Below the pieces are notes generated by a model. That model was not told where the DNA came from, searched no databases, and saw only the letters and a program-made list of their open reading frames with translations. A DNA stretch of 64,000 bases from Octopus vulgaris (taxonomy: Eukaryota): positions 68,014,001-68,078,000 of the forward strand of contig OX597832.1 in the NCBI GenBank assembly GCA_951406725.2, read 5' to 3'. Positions 43,124 through 55,428 of this stretch are shown here, piece by piece. The translations under genes were made by a program, and so were the position numbers. How positions within the stretch are numbered: the first letter of the stretch is position 1; each line of letters starts with the position of its first letter.

Positions 43124-43324
43124 TATATACATATATATATATACATATATACATATATATACATATATATATACATATATACATATATATATATACGTAT
43201 ATATATGCATATATATATATTCATATATATATACATATATATATGCATATGTATATGTATATATATATATGTATATATATATATACATATATATATACAT
43301 ATATATATGTATATATATACATAA

Positions 43325-43363
<39 letters not shown>

Positions 43364-43427
43364 TACATATATATGTATATATATATATATGTATATATGT
43401 ATATACATATATATATATACATATATA

Positions 43428-43590
43428 CGACAGGCTTCTTTCAGTTTCCGTCAAACAAATCTACCTACAAGGCATTGGTCGGCCATGGGCTATAGCAGAA
43501 GACACATGCCCAAGACGCCACGCAGTGGGACTGAACCCGGAACCATGTGGTTGGTTAGCAAGCTACTTACCACACTGCCAATCCTGCGCC
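43428..43590 (-). mobile_element. SINE family A head
   Basis: Reverse complement of 2190-2352 with high identity. Confidence 0.85.
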
Positions 43591-43660
43591 ATGTATATAT
43601 ATAAATATATGTATATATATAAAGAAAGAAAGTTGGTATGTGAAAGCACGTGGTAGAATT

Positions 43661-43874
43661 TATAGAAAATAGTAAAAAGTGAAAAAACTACGCTCAACGT
43701 AAACATAACGTTTTAAGAAATTTGAAAAGCTGAACGCGAAACCGGTCATTTCTTCTATACTATGTCATTGTATGAAAAAAAGTTATAACATTCTTCAGAC
43801 ATATTGACTCCAATATATATTTTTTAACCTTTTAAAACAAGCCTTCTGTAGTTTTTTCACTTTTTACTATTTTC

Positions 43875-43878
<4 letters not shown>
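43661..43878 (+). mobile_element. 218-bp hammerhead-containing mini-element with 31-bp inverted ends
   Basis: 43661-43691 is the exact reverse complement of 43848-43878; internal hammerhead at 43715-43754. Confidence 0.7.
43715..43754 (+). ncRNA. Type I hammerhead, U3-A8 core variant
   Basis: AAGAAAT-TTGAAAA-GCtgaacGC-GAAA-CCGG-TC-ATTTCTT; 7-bp stem I, palindromic ACCGGT stem III, GUC cleavage triplet. Confidence 0.7.
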
Positions 43879-43905
<27 letters not shown>

Positions 43906-43954
43906 GTATATATATATGTATATATATATATGTATATATATATGTATATATATG

Positions 43955-43987
<33 letters not shown>

Positions 43988-44023
43988 GTGTGTATATATA
44001 TATGTATATATATGTATATATAC

Positions 44024-44073
<50 letters not shown>

Positions 44074-44096
44074 GTATATATATACATATATATATG

Positions 44097-44148
<52 letters not shown>

Positions 44149-44199
44149 CATATATATATACATATATATACATATATATATATATAATTACATTTATGC

Positions 44200-44309
<110 letters not shown>

Positions 44310-44339
44310 CATGTTGAATCGCTAGCTTCTGCACGCATT

Positions 44340-44514
44340 TATTCTCTCCTTCTTTCTCTCCGTGTTTCTTTTCTGTGAATCTTTCCGTTGAAGAGCGTAG
44401 ACTCGAAACGAAAAAGACTTGTTTTATTTATATTCCTGAGCAACATACTAATACAATTGTTTGTTTGTACTCCACCTGCCTTCGTCTTTTGTTTATTTTC
44501 ATAAAGCTTCCCGT

Positions 44515-44516
<2 letters not shown>
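44340..44516 (+). mobile_element. Solo PLE 3'-terminal fragment (family of 16181-18262)
   Basis: Homologous to the 3' end of the minus-strand Neptune-like element; hammerhead-like motif at 44380-44417; ends TTCCCGT(TA)n. Confidence 0.7.
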
Positions 44517-44562
<46 letters not shown>

Positions 44563-44848
44563 CATATAAACATATATATACATATATATATATATATACA
44601 CACACATATATATATATATAAATATACATATATATATACATATATATATATACATATGTATATATATACATATATATATATAACAATGATAAATCTCAGA
44701 GCGAGTTATAAACAGTAACGGTAACACATCGTGACGCATATTTACCATTTGAACCTTAGGGGTTAGCCATATTCAAATGACAAATGTGCGTCACTATATA
44801 TATACATATATACATATATACATATATATATATACATATATATATACA

Positions 44849-44885
<37 letters not shown>

Positions 44886-45167
44886 TATGTATATATATAC
44901 ACATACATATACATATATACATATATATATATACATATACATATATACATATATATATACATATATATACATATATATATACATATATATATATACACAC
45001 ATATATATATATACATACACATATATATATATATATACATATATATACATATATGTATATATATACATATATATATATACGTATATATATATACATATAT
45101 ATATGCGTATATATATATACACACATATATATATACATATACATATATACATATACATATATATATG

Positions 45168-45213
<46 letters not shown>

Positions 45214-45406
45214 CATACATACAAATAAATGCATCCATATGCATACATACATATACATACATATATATATATATACTTACATATTCATACATATATATAT
45301 ATACACATATGTATATATATATCTACACACACAAATATATATATATATATATACATACACATATACATATACTTATATATATATACATATATATATACAT
45401 ATATGT

Positions 45407-45459
<53 letters not shown>

Positions 45460-45478
45460 CATATATATATATACATAT

Positions 45479-46974
45479 AAATCCTTTAAAATGTTTCAGC
45501 CCGAAAGCCGCGGCCGTGCTGGGGCACCACCGCTGAATGAGCAACACTAATATGTGAATCCACCTCTGATACGTGGCACTTGATCAACAAGGGAGTTCGA
45601 TGCTGCTGCCCGCATCTGCGTCTCCTGTCGTGAGGTAGGTTCATATGGGACTCCCGACAAGAAGAGATCCAATTTAGACTTAAAGAAACCAACATCCACA
45701 CCTTTCCAGTCTCTCAGGCATTTAGGGAGGATGTTAAAGAGCTGTGGTCCTCTGAAACCAAAACTGTTGCAGTATCTGGTCCTATATTTTGATGGTGATT
45801 TTGGAAACTTTGGCACCATGCAGTGGCGCACCCTTCTGCGGTTGGGGTAGCTATAAATGCCAAAGTTTGGGACAAGACTTTCCAGAATTTTTCAGATGTA
45901 TATCACCGCATATCTCTCCCGCCTACGCTCTAGGGAGAAGAGGTGTAATACTTTCAGTCTTTCCCAGTAGCTGATATGTTGCATTGAGACGATCATCTTC
46001 GTGTAGCTTCTTTGAATTGCTTCGATTTCTGCTGTTAGTTTTATATTGTGTGGTGACCATAGTTGGGAGCAGTAGTCCAAGCGGCTGAGGACGAAAGTTT
46101 TCCACAGGAACATCAGTGTTTCCTTCTCTCTTGTTCTGAAAGTTCGGAGAATCCATCCAGCTAGCCGTCTACATTTTATCACCAGATTAGTAATATGCAC
46201 TTGGAAAGATGCATCATTGCTCATGTCAATGCCCAGGTCACGCACTGAGTTTTACTCAGGGATTGCAATTCTTCCTGGGCCAGTGTATCATGTCTGCATG
46301 TCGTTTACCTTTGTGTGCCGGTAGCGCAGGGCCTGGTACTTACCTGCGTTAAACTGCATGTTGTAGTCCTCAGCCCACCTGTATATTATATCCAACTCCT
46401 GTTGCAGATGTGCAATATTTCCAGGGTTTTGTATTGTGTGGGAGTCTTTTGTGTCATCTGCATAGCTAGCAAGGGTGGCCATCTTAGCAACTAAGGTCAT
46501 GTCTGAAAATCCACTATGAACAACAGTGGCACCAAGAGAGTGCCCTGTGGGACACCGCTTGTTATATATGTTTCCTTGGAGGTGGCTCCATTGGTCACAA
46601 CTGCCTGCCTTCTATCTTTTAGGAAGTTGTGCAACCACTCTCCAAGTTTTCCGCCTATGCCGAGACCACGCAATTTGTGACAAAACATACCGTGGTCGAC
46701 TTTATCAAGGTCTTTGCAAAGTTGAGATATATCACATCCACATTTGAGCAATTTAGTAGCTGTTTAAATACCCAGTGATAGTGTTGCAGAAGCTGTGATA
46801 GGCAGCTTCTGCCTGGTCGAAATCCATGCTGGGTGTCAGTCAGCGTGTCATTTTCTTCAAGGAACATGATTAGTTTGTTGCGGACTATTCGTTCCTTGAC
46901 TTTACTGATGTGTGAGGTCAGAGATATAGGCCTTTAATTTTAAGCATTTGCTCTGCTACCTCCCTTATGGATAG

Positions 46975-46977
<3 letters not shown>
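45479..46977 (-). mobile_element. 5'-truncated CR1/L2-group LINE (RT pseudogene + 3' tail)
   Basis: PIHKGG, RPISLTS, QHGFRPGRSCLSQL, SGVPQG, YADDTK, W..MQFN..K, RDLGI, LDYCSQLWSP and LERRRER, with frameshifts. Tail GCGGTGGTGCCCCAGCACGGCCGCGG..TTTAAAGGATTT. Confidence 0.9.
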
Positions 46978-47037
<60 letters not shown>

Positions 47038-47045
47038 ACATGTAT

Positions 47046-47088
<43 letters not shown>

Positions 47089-47419
47089 GCATATATATAA
47101 ATACATGTATATATATACATATATATATGGATATATATAAATACATATATATATACATATATATATATACATATATATATACATATATATATACACATAT
47201 ATATACACATATATATATATACACATATATATACACACATATATATACACATATATATACACATAATATATATATACATATATACATATATATATACACA
47301 TATATACATATATATATATACACATATATATATACATACATATATATATACACATATATATATACATATATATACACGTATATATATACACATATATATA
47401 TACATATATATATATATAC

Positions 47420-47466
<47 letters not shown>

Positions 47467-47601
47467 TATATATATATATACATATGAAAATATACAAATA
47501 TATACATACATATACATATATATACATATTTATACATATATATATATATATACATATATATACATATTTATACATATATATACATATATACATATTTATA
47601 C

Positions 47602-47670
<69 letters not shown>

Positions 47671-47847
47671 GGTCCCGGGTTGAGTCGGGGTTAACCACAG
47701 TAAATAAGGTACTCAATACATAGCAGAGTAAATTAATTTATTTTATAGAAGGAGCTTCTACAGGACTAGAACTGTTTCACTCAAAAGAAATCATCAGGCT
47801 TCCTAATGATTTCTTTTGAATGAAACAGTTCTAGTCCTGTAGAAGCT

Positions 47848-47850
<3 letters not shown>
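47671..47850. mobile_element. Fold-back mini-element carrying two hammerheads in opposite orientation
   Basis: Plus 47798-47846: GCTTC-CTAATGA-tttcttttgaat-GAAA-CAG(ttctagtc)CTG-TA-GAAGC. The minus copy at 47754-47798 has an intact CTGATGA but a truncated 5' stem I. Flanked by (TA)n on both sides. Confidence 0.75.
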
Positions 47851-47917
<67 letters not shown>

Positions 47918-47964
47918 GTAGTAGTAACTGAAAAGAGGAATTTCGGTTGTCCCCACGTAGTGGG

Positions 47965-48276
47965 CTGTAACGTATATAATAAATTAAAAAAGGAAAATAC
48001 GCATACTTACATGGTTTTAATATAATTTGTAATATATCGACCGGTTTCGCTATCGCTTTTCATGATATAATGTTTAATTTACGTGAATATATATTTTTTG
48101 TTAAGAAGAAATTTGTTCCATGTTGTTTGTGATGAAATTCACGAGTGAATGACTTTACCAGTAGACAAATAAAGGGATGTAATTGGTTATTATTATTGTT
48201 ATTGTTACGTATAAGGGAGATAACTGTTCAGGTTTTGGGTGGGGAATAAATATGTGTACAGGAAAGAGACAGGTTA
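47965..48276 (-). mobile_element. PLE-type terminal region with hammerhead (probable inverted arm of the 49470-50850 element)
   Basis: Minus 48033-48069: TATATC-ATGAAAA-GCgataGC-GAAA-CCGG-TC-GATATA. Confidence 0.55.
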
Positions 48277-49468
48277 TCTCTATATATATAAAACTGAAAA
48301 TGTGTCTGTCTGTGTGTGTCTATCTGTCTGTGTGTTTCCCTAAAACTTGAGAACTACACAACTAATTTCATTCAAATTTTGCACATGCCTTACTTATGAT
48401 CCGGGGAGTGTCATCGGCAAAAAAACGTTTTAGCTTTTTGCCTAGGGCGAGCCCACAGCAATATCATATTTTCTCCACTACGATTCCCTAAAACGTGAGA
48501 ACTACACAACCAATTTCATTGAAATTTTACACATGCCTTACTTAGGGTCCATGTAGTTTCTTGGGCAAAAAGAAATGTTCAACTTCTTGCCTAGGGCGAG
48601 TCCATAGCAGTATCATATCTTCTCCACTATTTCAGTATTACGTTTAAAAGTGAAACAAAATCATTTCTCTATTTTATGTCAGATGCTTTCACTTTAACAA
48701 TAAGAATAATAATAACAATTTAATTATATGTAGTACGTAATAATTAAAATCAAACAAAAGTATAATATAATCGTAACATAACAAAAGTAAAAATAGCAAT
48801 TGGTATAAAATTGCATCAATGACTTGAACTTGAATAAGTGGTTTCACATGAATGGGAATAAATGAAATATAAAATTAGCGTGCAGAAATGGAATAGTCCA
48901 GATGGATAATAAAAAATTAAATTAAAGAAAAGACTATTGTCTATAAAGTATACAATGTAGAGAAAAAAGATTTGAACACCTGGAGGAAAGCACCATTGAA
49001 AAGTGTCTTGGTGTGACTATGAAAGGTATTTAACCAGAGGCGGTAAATTCGCCACAATAGAAGCATGGTTCGAGTCAACGGAGCATGCAAGGGAGTACTC
49101 AACTCAAACCTTGCAAAGTGGAAATATTTTATTTTTACCTTTATATCTTGGACGTATGATGACCCGGATATAAATTTAAAATGCCCCCCCTCCAGCAGTA
49201 GAGGTAGGCTGGATTATAGCCACACTTCTCTACAAGAGGGAAGACAAGATACAGTTGATCGAAATTGCAAGAGACGGGCTTACAATTCCAGTCTGTTATA
49301 TATTTTGAGTATTGTTATCACTAGCGATATCAAGATATAACTTTGTATTTTGTATTTTATGTGTAGATGTATATATATAGATGTACATGTAATATGTACA
49401 CATATATATATACACATATATACTTGCACTAGCACTATGACCCAGCAACGACGGGTCTTTGATGCTAG
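48277..49468 (+). mobile_element. Non-autonomous Helitron
   Basis: Inserted between A(48276) and T(49469). 5' TC, (GTCT/GT)n near the 5' end, subterminal hairpin GACCC..GGGTC (49439-49457), 3' CTAG (49465-49468). Internal ~148-bp duplication (units at 48338 and 48486). Confidence 0.75.
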
Positions 49469-49469
49469 T

Positions 49470-50850
49470 AAATTATAAACTATAATCAACAAAAAACAAT
49501 GAAAAATCTTGCATTCTTAATTCTTCTACACGGAAAAGGCCTGACAGAAAAAGAAACATCACGAACTTCAAATGTAAACCCAGTATTTTTTATGGCCTCC
49601 CTAAAATACACAAGAGCAAGATAATCAATGAAGCCTGCAAACAATCACCAGGCAAATATATAAATATCCAAACGCCAGAAGACTTGACTTTAGGACCTAT
49701 CGTAGCTGGGCCAGCCTGTGAAACCCACCGACTGAGCAATTTTCTAGACATCCTCCTGAAACCCTTGCTGAAATACATCAAAAGCTTCATTAGGGATTAT
49801 TTAGACATGCTAGAACGATTATTGAAAAGGCAGTATTGGTCACCCTCGATGTCATCAATCTTTACATCAACATTCCTCATGACTATGGAATAAAAGCAAT
49901 TAAATTCTGGTTGGAAAAGTACCCCGAAGTCCTCCCGGAACGCATAAACCATATCTTTATTATTGAATCCTTAAAATTTATACTTCAGAACAATTATTTC
50001 CTATTTGATGACACATACTATCGTCAGAAATGCGGAATTGCGATGGGGACGAAAGCAGCTCTTGTTCTTGCGAACCTAATAATGGGTTATTTTGAATTCA
50101 CCTTATATGAAGTATCACTTCAGAAATATGGTTACCCATTTTACCTCTACATCAGAGAAAATTGGAAGCGGTAACTGGATAACTGTTTTATCATCACACT
50201 AAATGACATAAATAGTAACATTCAATTCACAATGGAATATAACGAATATAAAAAAAGTTAACAATGAAATCCTAACTGACATTTATTATATACCAACTGA
50301 CTCAAAACAATATCTTCTTTTTAACTCATGCCACCCTAAACACATAAAAAAAACATCCCTTTTAACTTAGCAAAAAGGATTTGCACAATAGTGTCTGATA
50401 GAACAACTCGGGACCTTCGTCTTCAAGACCTCAAAACAACACTTATTGAAAGACAATATCCACCCTCTCTTATCGACGAGGGAATTAAACGTGCGAAACA
50501 ATTAGACACAAAAACACTAAGTACAAAAAAACATAGCACCACACCTCAAACCAAAACATTACTTGTTACATCAACACACAACCCCAGAAATAGTGAGGCA
50601 TTCAACATTATTGTGCAAACTCTCCCTTTACTAACTAGAGATCCAAAAATGAACGACATCCTGAAAACACACAAACTCATCAAATGCAAAAAACAAGACA
50701 AATCGCTAAAGAGACTACCAACAAATGCGAATCTTTACAAAACAACCACGAAACCGAACTGTGGAACCTGCACCAACCTGCTTGAAGGATGGGATTTCCT
50801 GTTCAAACAAGAACAGAGGTTCACAATTAAAACTAGTTTCACCTGTGCCT
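49470..50850 (+). mobile_element. Neptune-like Penelope element, RT pseudogene
   Basis: FYGLPKIHK, PIVAGP, LVTLDVINLYINIP, YRQKCGIAMGTK, IQFTME, PTDSKQYL..CHP, ERQYP, CGTC; frameshifted. Confidence 0.9.
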
Positions 50851-50920
50851 CATTGAGCGGTGGTGCCCCAGCATGACCGCGGCCTTCGGGCTAAAACATT
50901 TTAAAGGATTTTTAAGGATT
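50849..50920 (+). mobile_element. Very short 3' tail of the CR1/L2-type LINE
   Basis: CTCATTGAGCGGTGGTGCCCCAGCATGACCGCGG..TTTAAAGGATTTTAAGGATTT matches the reverse complement of 45479-45545. Confidence 0.75.
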
Positions 50921-51025
50921 TATATATATATACATATATACATATATACATATACATATATATATATATATACATATATACATATATATATATACTTATA
51001 TACATATATACATATATATATATAC

Positions 51026-51118
<93 letters not shown>

Positions 51119-51221
51119 CGGAGTAAACACATAAATGTGAAACAAGGTGGAAAAAAGAGTACTCAAATACCAGTGGTAGAGTAATATGCTTTATTTTAAG
51201 CAGCAGAAAATTCAACAAAAT

Positions 51222-51259
51222 CTGTTACTCTGAGTTTCTCGTTGCCGTTCATCAGACAG
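51222..51259 (-). ncRNA. Type I hammerhead in Penelope pLTR (inverted arm)
   Basis: Reverse complement of 55068-55105. Confidence 0.8.
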
Positions 51260-52268
51260 TTTTTGCTAGAATGGAACATATATATTAATTCAATCTATAC
51301 TCTTACAAACGCTACACCTTTAAAAAGAAATGGACTTGTTTGATTGGCCCTTTAGAAAAAACGGTCAATCTTCGAGCGATAAACAAAAAGGTCAAAAATA
51401 TATGTATATATATATAAAAACTTATAAAAATTATAAAATCCGAGGAAAATACCGAGGAAAAAACCTGTTGCCGTTAATGAAGACAGTACAAATTAATGCA
51501 TAGAAATTAAACCTGTTATAAATACTGCAATACATATTTATATTAAAATCCACATATATATATCAACATACACAAAAGGATGCGCGTAAACGCCATACAT
51601 ACACATACAGACGTATGAATATGAATCTAAATTATACACATAAAAGCATGTGTACATATATTCACGCAAACCGTCTCGCACGCAAGCTAAAATTCATCTA
51701 TGTAGCAATTCTCATATACTGAGCAAGGAGGGGGAACGAAAGAAAGGGAAAGAGAGAAAAAGGAACGGAGGAGGGGTGGGGGAAAACTTGTAGCTATGTT
51801 ATTTGGCATCTATAGAGGCCTGTATACATACACAAGTTTGAATTGATACATATACATACCGTCGTGTATATGTGTGCTTAAGCACAAGCATACTTTCACT
51901 CACACATACACAGATACGCATGCTTACAAATACATATGCTTTGCTATACACAAACTTATATAAACATTCTAAATTTGACAACATTGCTTTTTTTATAAAA
52001 AAACATTGCTTTTAAAAAATGGGTGCATTAATAAAAATATATACGAAAGACCTATAAAATAAAATATAACATCCTATTTTGGGTCATTTATAAATAATCA
52101 AGGTAATATAAATAATCAAGGTAATCTTATGCAATACAATAACATGAAAACAAAGTTTGTAGGTTTTTCCTAATATATATGTAGAAACAATAAGACTTTG
52201 CTATAGGTCCGTTGTAGCTCTCAAGAGTCAAAATCAAAATCAAAAAATCAAAATACAAAATATATACT

Positions 52269-52810
52269 CTATCCATATGGTATATTTATATTCGACATTT
52301 TAAATTTAGCCTTGTGCCTACATAAGTTCATTAATTCACTTCTTTGATTCAAAGAATTATTGTCTTTGAATAATATATGCATTTTTTCTAATAAGCAAAG
52401 CCTGCACTTGAAATTATATTTGTAAGCTCCATGCCTGTATGGTGCCGCCCTGTCCAGAATGCTCCATGTCACGTTGAAAGGTGGGGCTTCCTTTTCTTTT
52501 AGTTCCCAGACATATTTTGCTAGGCTGGTTTTCTTTCTATTCTCTGGGTATTTAAAAGAATTCTTATGAGAATAAAATCTTGTTTTAAATGAATTTTCTG
52601 AAGCCCCTGTGTATGTCTTGTATTCCGATGAGCCTTCCACTTGCACCTTGGCTCTATAAACTACTCCTTTCACTAGACATTTCCCTTCTAACGGACAGGA
52701 GCTTTCGTTTTTGAAATTACATTTCTTAATGGGCTCGGCACCATGTCTAATCTCAATTAGCTTCCTATTATGTTGGCTAATGTAAGAGGCGAAATTTCTG
52801 CAACAAGAAT
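52269..52810 (-). pseudogene. Inverted duplicate of the PLE zinc-knuckle linker + GIY-YIG coding region
   Basis: Same peptide as the C-terminus of 52812-54058 (GVVYRA..YTGAS..CRLC..SELMNLCRH). Confidence 0.85.
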
Positions 52811-52811
52811 T

Positions 52812-54058
52812 CCACCTGGATTAAGAAGACTGAGGATTCTCTTTTCGATGTACCGATGGGGGCATACGACGGGGCTGAATTATGTATGCTCATAGGAGCC
52901 TTTATTCTCCATAATCTAAAAATAGAATTCCCATTTATAGATGCAGGTCTATATAGGGATGACGGCCTTATAGCCACGCATAATCTAAACGGCCATGAAT
53001 CAGATAGACTTAGGAAGGACCTTATAGCTTTCTTTCAAAGGATGGGCTTACGGATTACGATAGATACTAACCTGAATAGTGTAGACTTTTTAGACGTAAA
53101 TTTTAATGTAAGATCGGATAGATTTAAACCTTTCCGTAAGCCCAATGAAAAGCTATCGTATATTAGCAAAGATTCGAACCATCCACCAGTTATCCTTAGC
53201 AACTTAGTCAGCAATGTAGGTAGAAGAATATCTTCAATTTCTTCGGACGAGGCAGCATTCCATAATGCTGCACCTTATTACGATAGCGCATTAAAGAATA
53301 GTGGATTCTCGGAGAAGATCCAGTTCAACCAGCTTAATGCTAATAATAATGCTGCACGAAGAACTAGGACTAGGAAAGTTTTGTGGTTCAACCCGGCTTT
53401 CAATTTGGCCGTAAAGACTAATATAGGTAAGGAATTTTTGAGATTAGTCTCTAAGCATTTTAGGCAGGGTCATAAATTCTACAGAATATTTAATAGAAGA
53501 ACCCTGAAGGTTAGCTATTCTTGTTGCAGAAATTTCGCCTCTTACATTAGCCAACATAATAGGAAGCTAATTGAGATTAGACATGGTGCCGAGCCCATTA
53601 AGAAATGTAATTGCAAAAACGAAAGCTCCTGTCCGTTAGAAGGGAAATGTCTAGTGAAAGGAGTAGTTTATAGAGCCAAGGTGCAAGTGGAAGGCTCATC
53701 GGAATACAAGACATACACAGGGGCTTCAGAAAATTCATTTAAAACAAGATTTTATTCTCATAAGAATTCTTTTAAATACCCAGAGAATAGAAAGAAAACC
53801 AGCCTAGCAAAATATGTCTGGGAACTAAAAGAAAAGGAAGCCCCACCTTTCAACGTGACATGGAGCATTCTGGACAGGGCGGCACCATACAGGCATGGAG
53901 CTTACAAATATAATTTCAAGTGCAGGCTTTGCTTATTAGAAAAAATGCACATATTATTCAAAGACAATAATTCTTTGAATCAAAGAAGTGAATTAATGAA
54001 CTTATGTAGGCACAAGGCTAAATTTAAAATGTCGAATATAAATATACCATATGGATAG
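52812..54058 (+). CDS. Penelope-like (Naiad-like) reverse transcriptase + GIY-YIG endonuclease, 5'-truncated but uninterrupted
   Basis: WIKK..FDVPMGAYDGAE, GLYRDDGL, VDFLDV, KPFRKPN, SNHP, CNC..CPLEGKC, GVVY..YTG, CRLC, NQRSELMNLCRH. The ORF track gives 400 aa from 52856. Confidence 0.92.
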
Positions 54059-55067
54059 AGTATATATTTTGTATTTTGATTTTTTGATTTTGATTTTGAC
54101 TCTTGAGAGCTACAACGGACCTATAGCAAAGTCTTATTGTTTCTACATATATATTAGGAAAAACCTACAAACTTTGTTTTCATGTTATTGTATTGCATAA
54201 GATTACCTTGATTATTTATATTACCTTGATTATTTATAAATGACCCAAAATAGGATGTTATATTTTATTTTATAGGTCTTTCGTATATATTTTTATTAAT
54301 GCACCCATTTTTTAAAAGCAATGTTTTTTTATAAAAAAAGCAATGTTGTCAAATTTAGAATGTTTATATAAGTTTGTGTATAGCAAAGCATATGTATTTG
54401 TAAGCATGCGTATCTGTGTATGTGTGAGTGAAAGTATGCTTGTGCTTAAGCACACATATACACGACGGTATGTATATGTATCAATTCAAACTTGTGTATG
54501 TATACAGGCCTCTATAGATGCCAAATAACATAGCTACAAGTTTTTCCCCCACCCCTCCTCCGTTCCTTTTCTCTCTTTCCCTTTCTTTCGTTCCCCCTCC
54601 TTGCTCAGTATATGAGAATTGCTACATAGATGAATTTTAGCTTGCGTGCGAGACGGTTTGCGTGAATATATGTACACATGCTTTTATGTGTATAATTTAG
54701 ATTCATATTCATACGTCTGTATGTGTATGTATGGCGTTTACGCGCATCCTTTTGTGTATGTTGATATATATATGTGGATTTTAATATAAATATGTATTGC
54801 AGTATTTATAACAGGTTTAATTTCTATGCATTAATTTGTACTGTCTTCATTAACGGCAACAGGTTTTTTCCTCGGTATTTTCCTCGGATTTTATAATTTT
54901 TATAAGTTTTTATATATATATACATATATTTTTGACCTTTTTGTTTATCGCTCGAAGATTGACCGTTTTTTCTAAAGGGCCAATCAAACAAGTCCATTTC
55001 TTTTTAAAGGTGTAGCGTTTGTAAGAGTATAGATTGAATTAATATATATGTTCCATTCTAGCAAAAA

Positions 55068-55105
55068 CTGTCTGATGAACGGCAACGAGAAACTCAGAGT
55101 AACAG
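55068..55105 (+). ncRNA. Type I hammerhead in Penelope pLTR
   Basis: CTGT-CTGATGA-aCGgcaaCGa-GAAA-CTCaGAG-TA-ACAG; GUA cleavage triplet, minimal stem III. Confidence 0.8.
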
Positions 55106-55137
55106 ATTTTGTTGAATTTTCGTTGCTTAAAATAAAG

Positions 55138-55168
<31 letters not shown>

Positions 55169-55276
55169 TTTATAATTAGGGGTCCAAGTAGAAATCAATA
55201 ATTTCACCAATGCCGAATTCTACTTGGTGAAATTATTGATTACTAGTTAATTAATTAATTTTACCCTTTGTTATTA

Positions 55277-55331
<55 letters not shown>

Positions 55332-55332
55332 G

Positions 55333-55428
<96 letters not shown>

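Larger units (their letters stand above)
51115..55137. mobile_element. Young Naiad-like Penelope element with large inverted 5' arm
   Basis: 51189-52810 is the near-perfect reverse complement of 53517-55137. The left arm extends to the complete 3' end at 51115. Both ends run into (TA)n. Confidence 0.9.
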
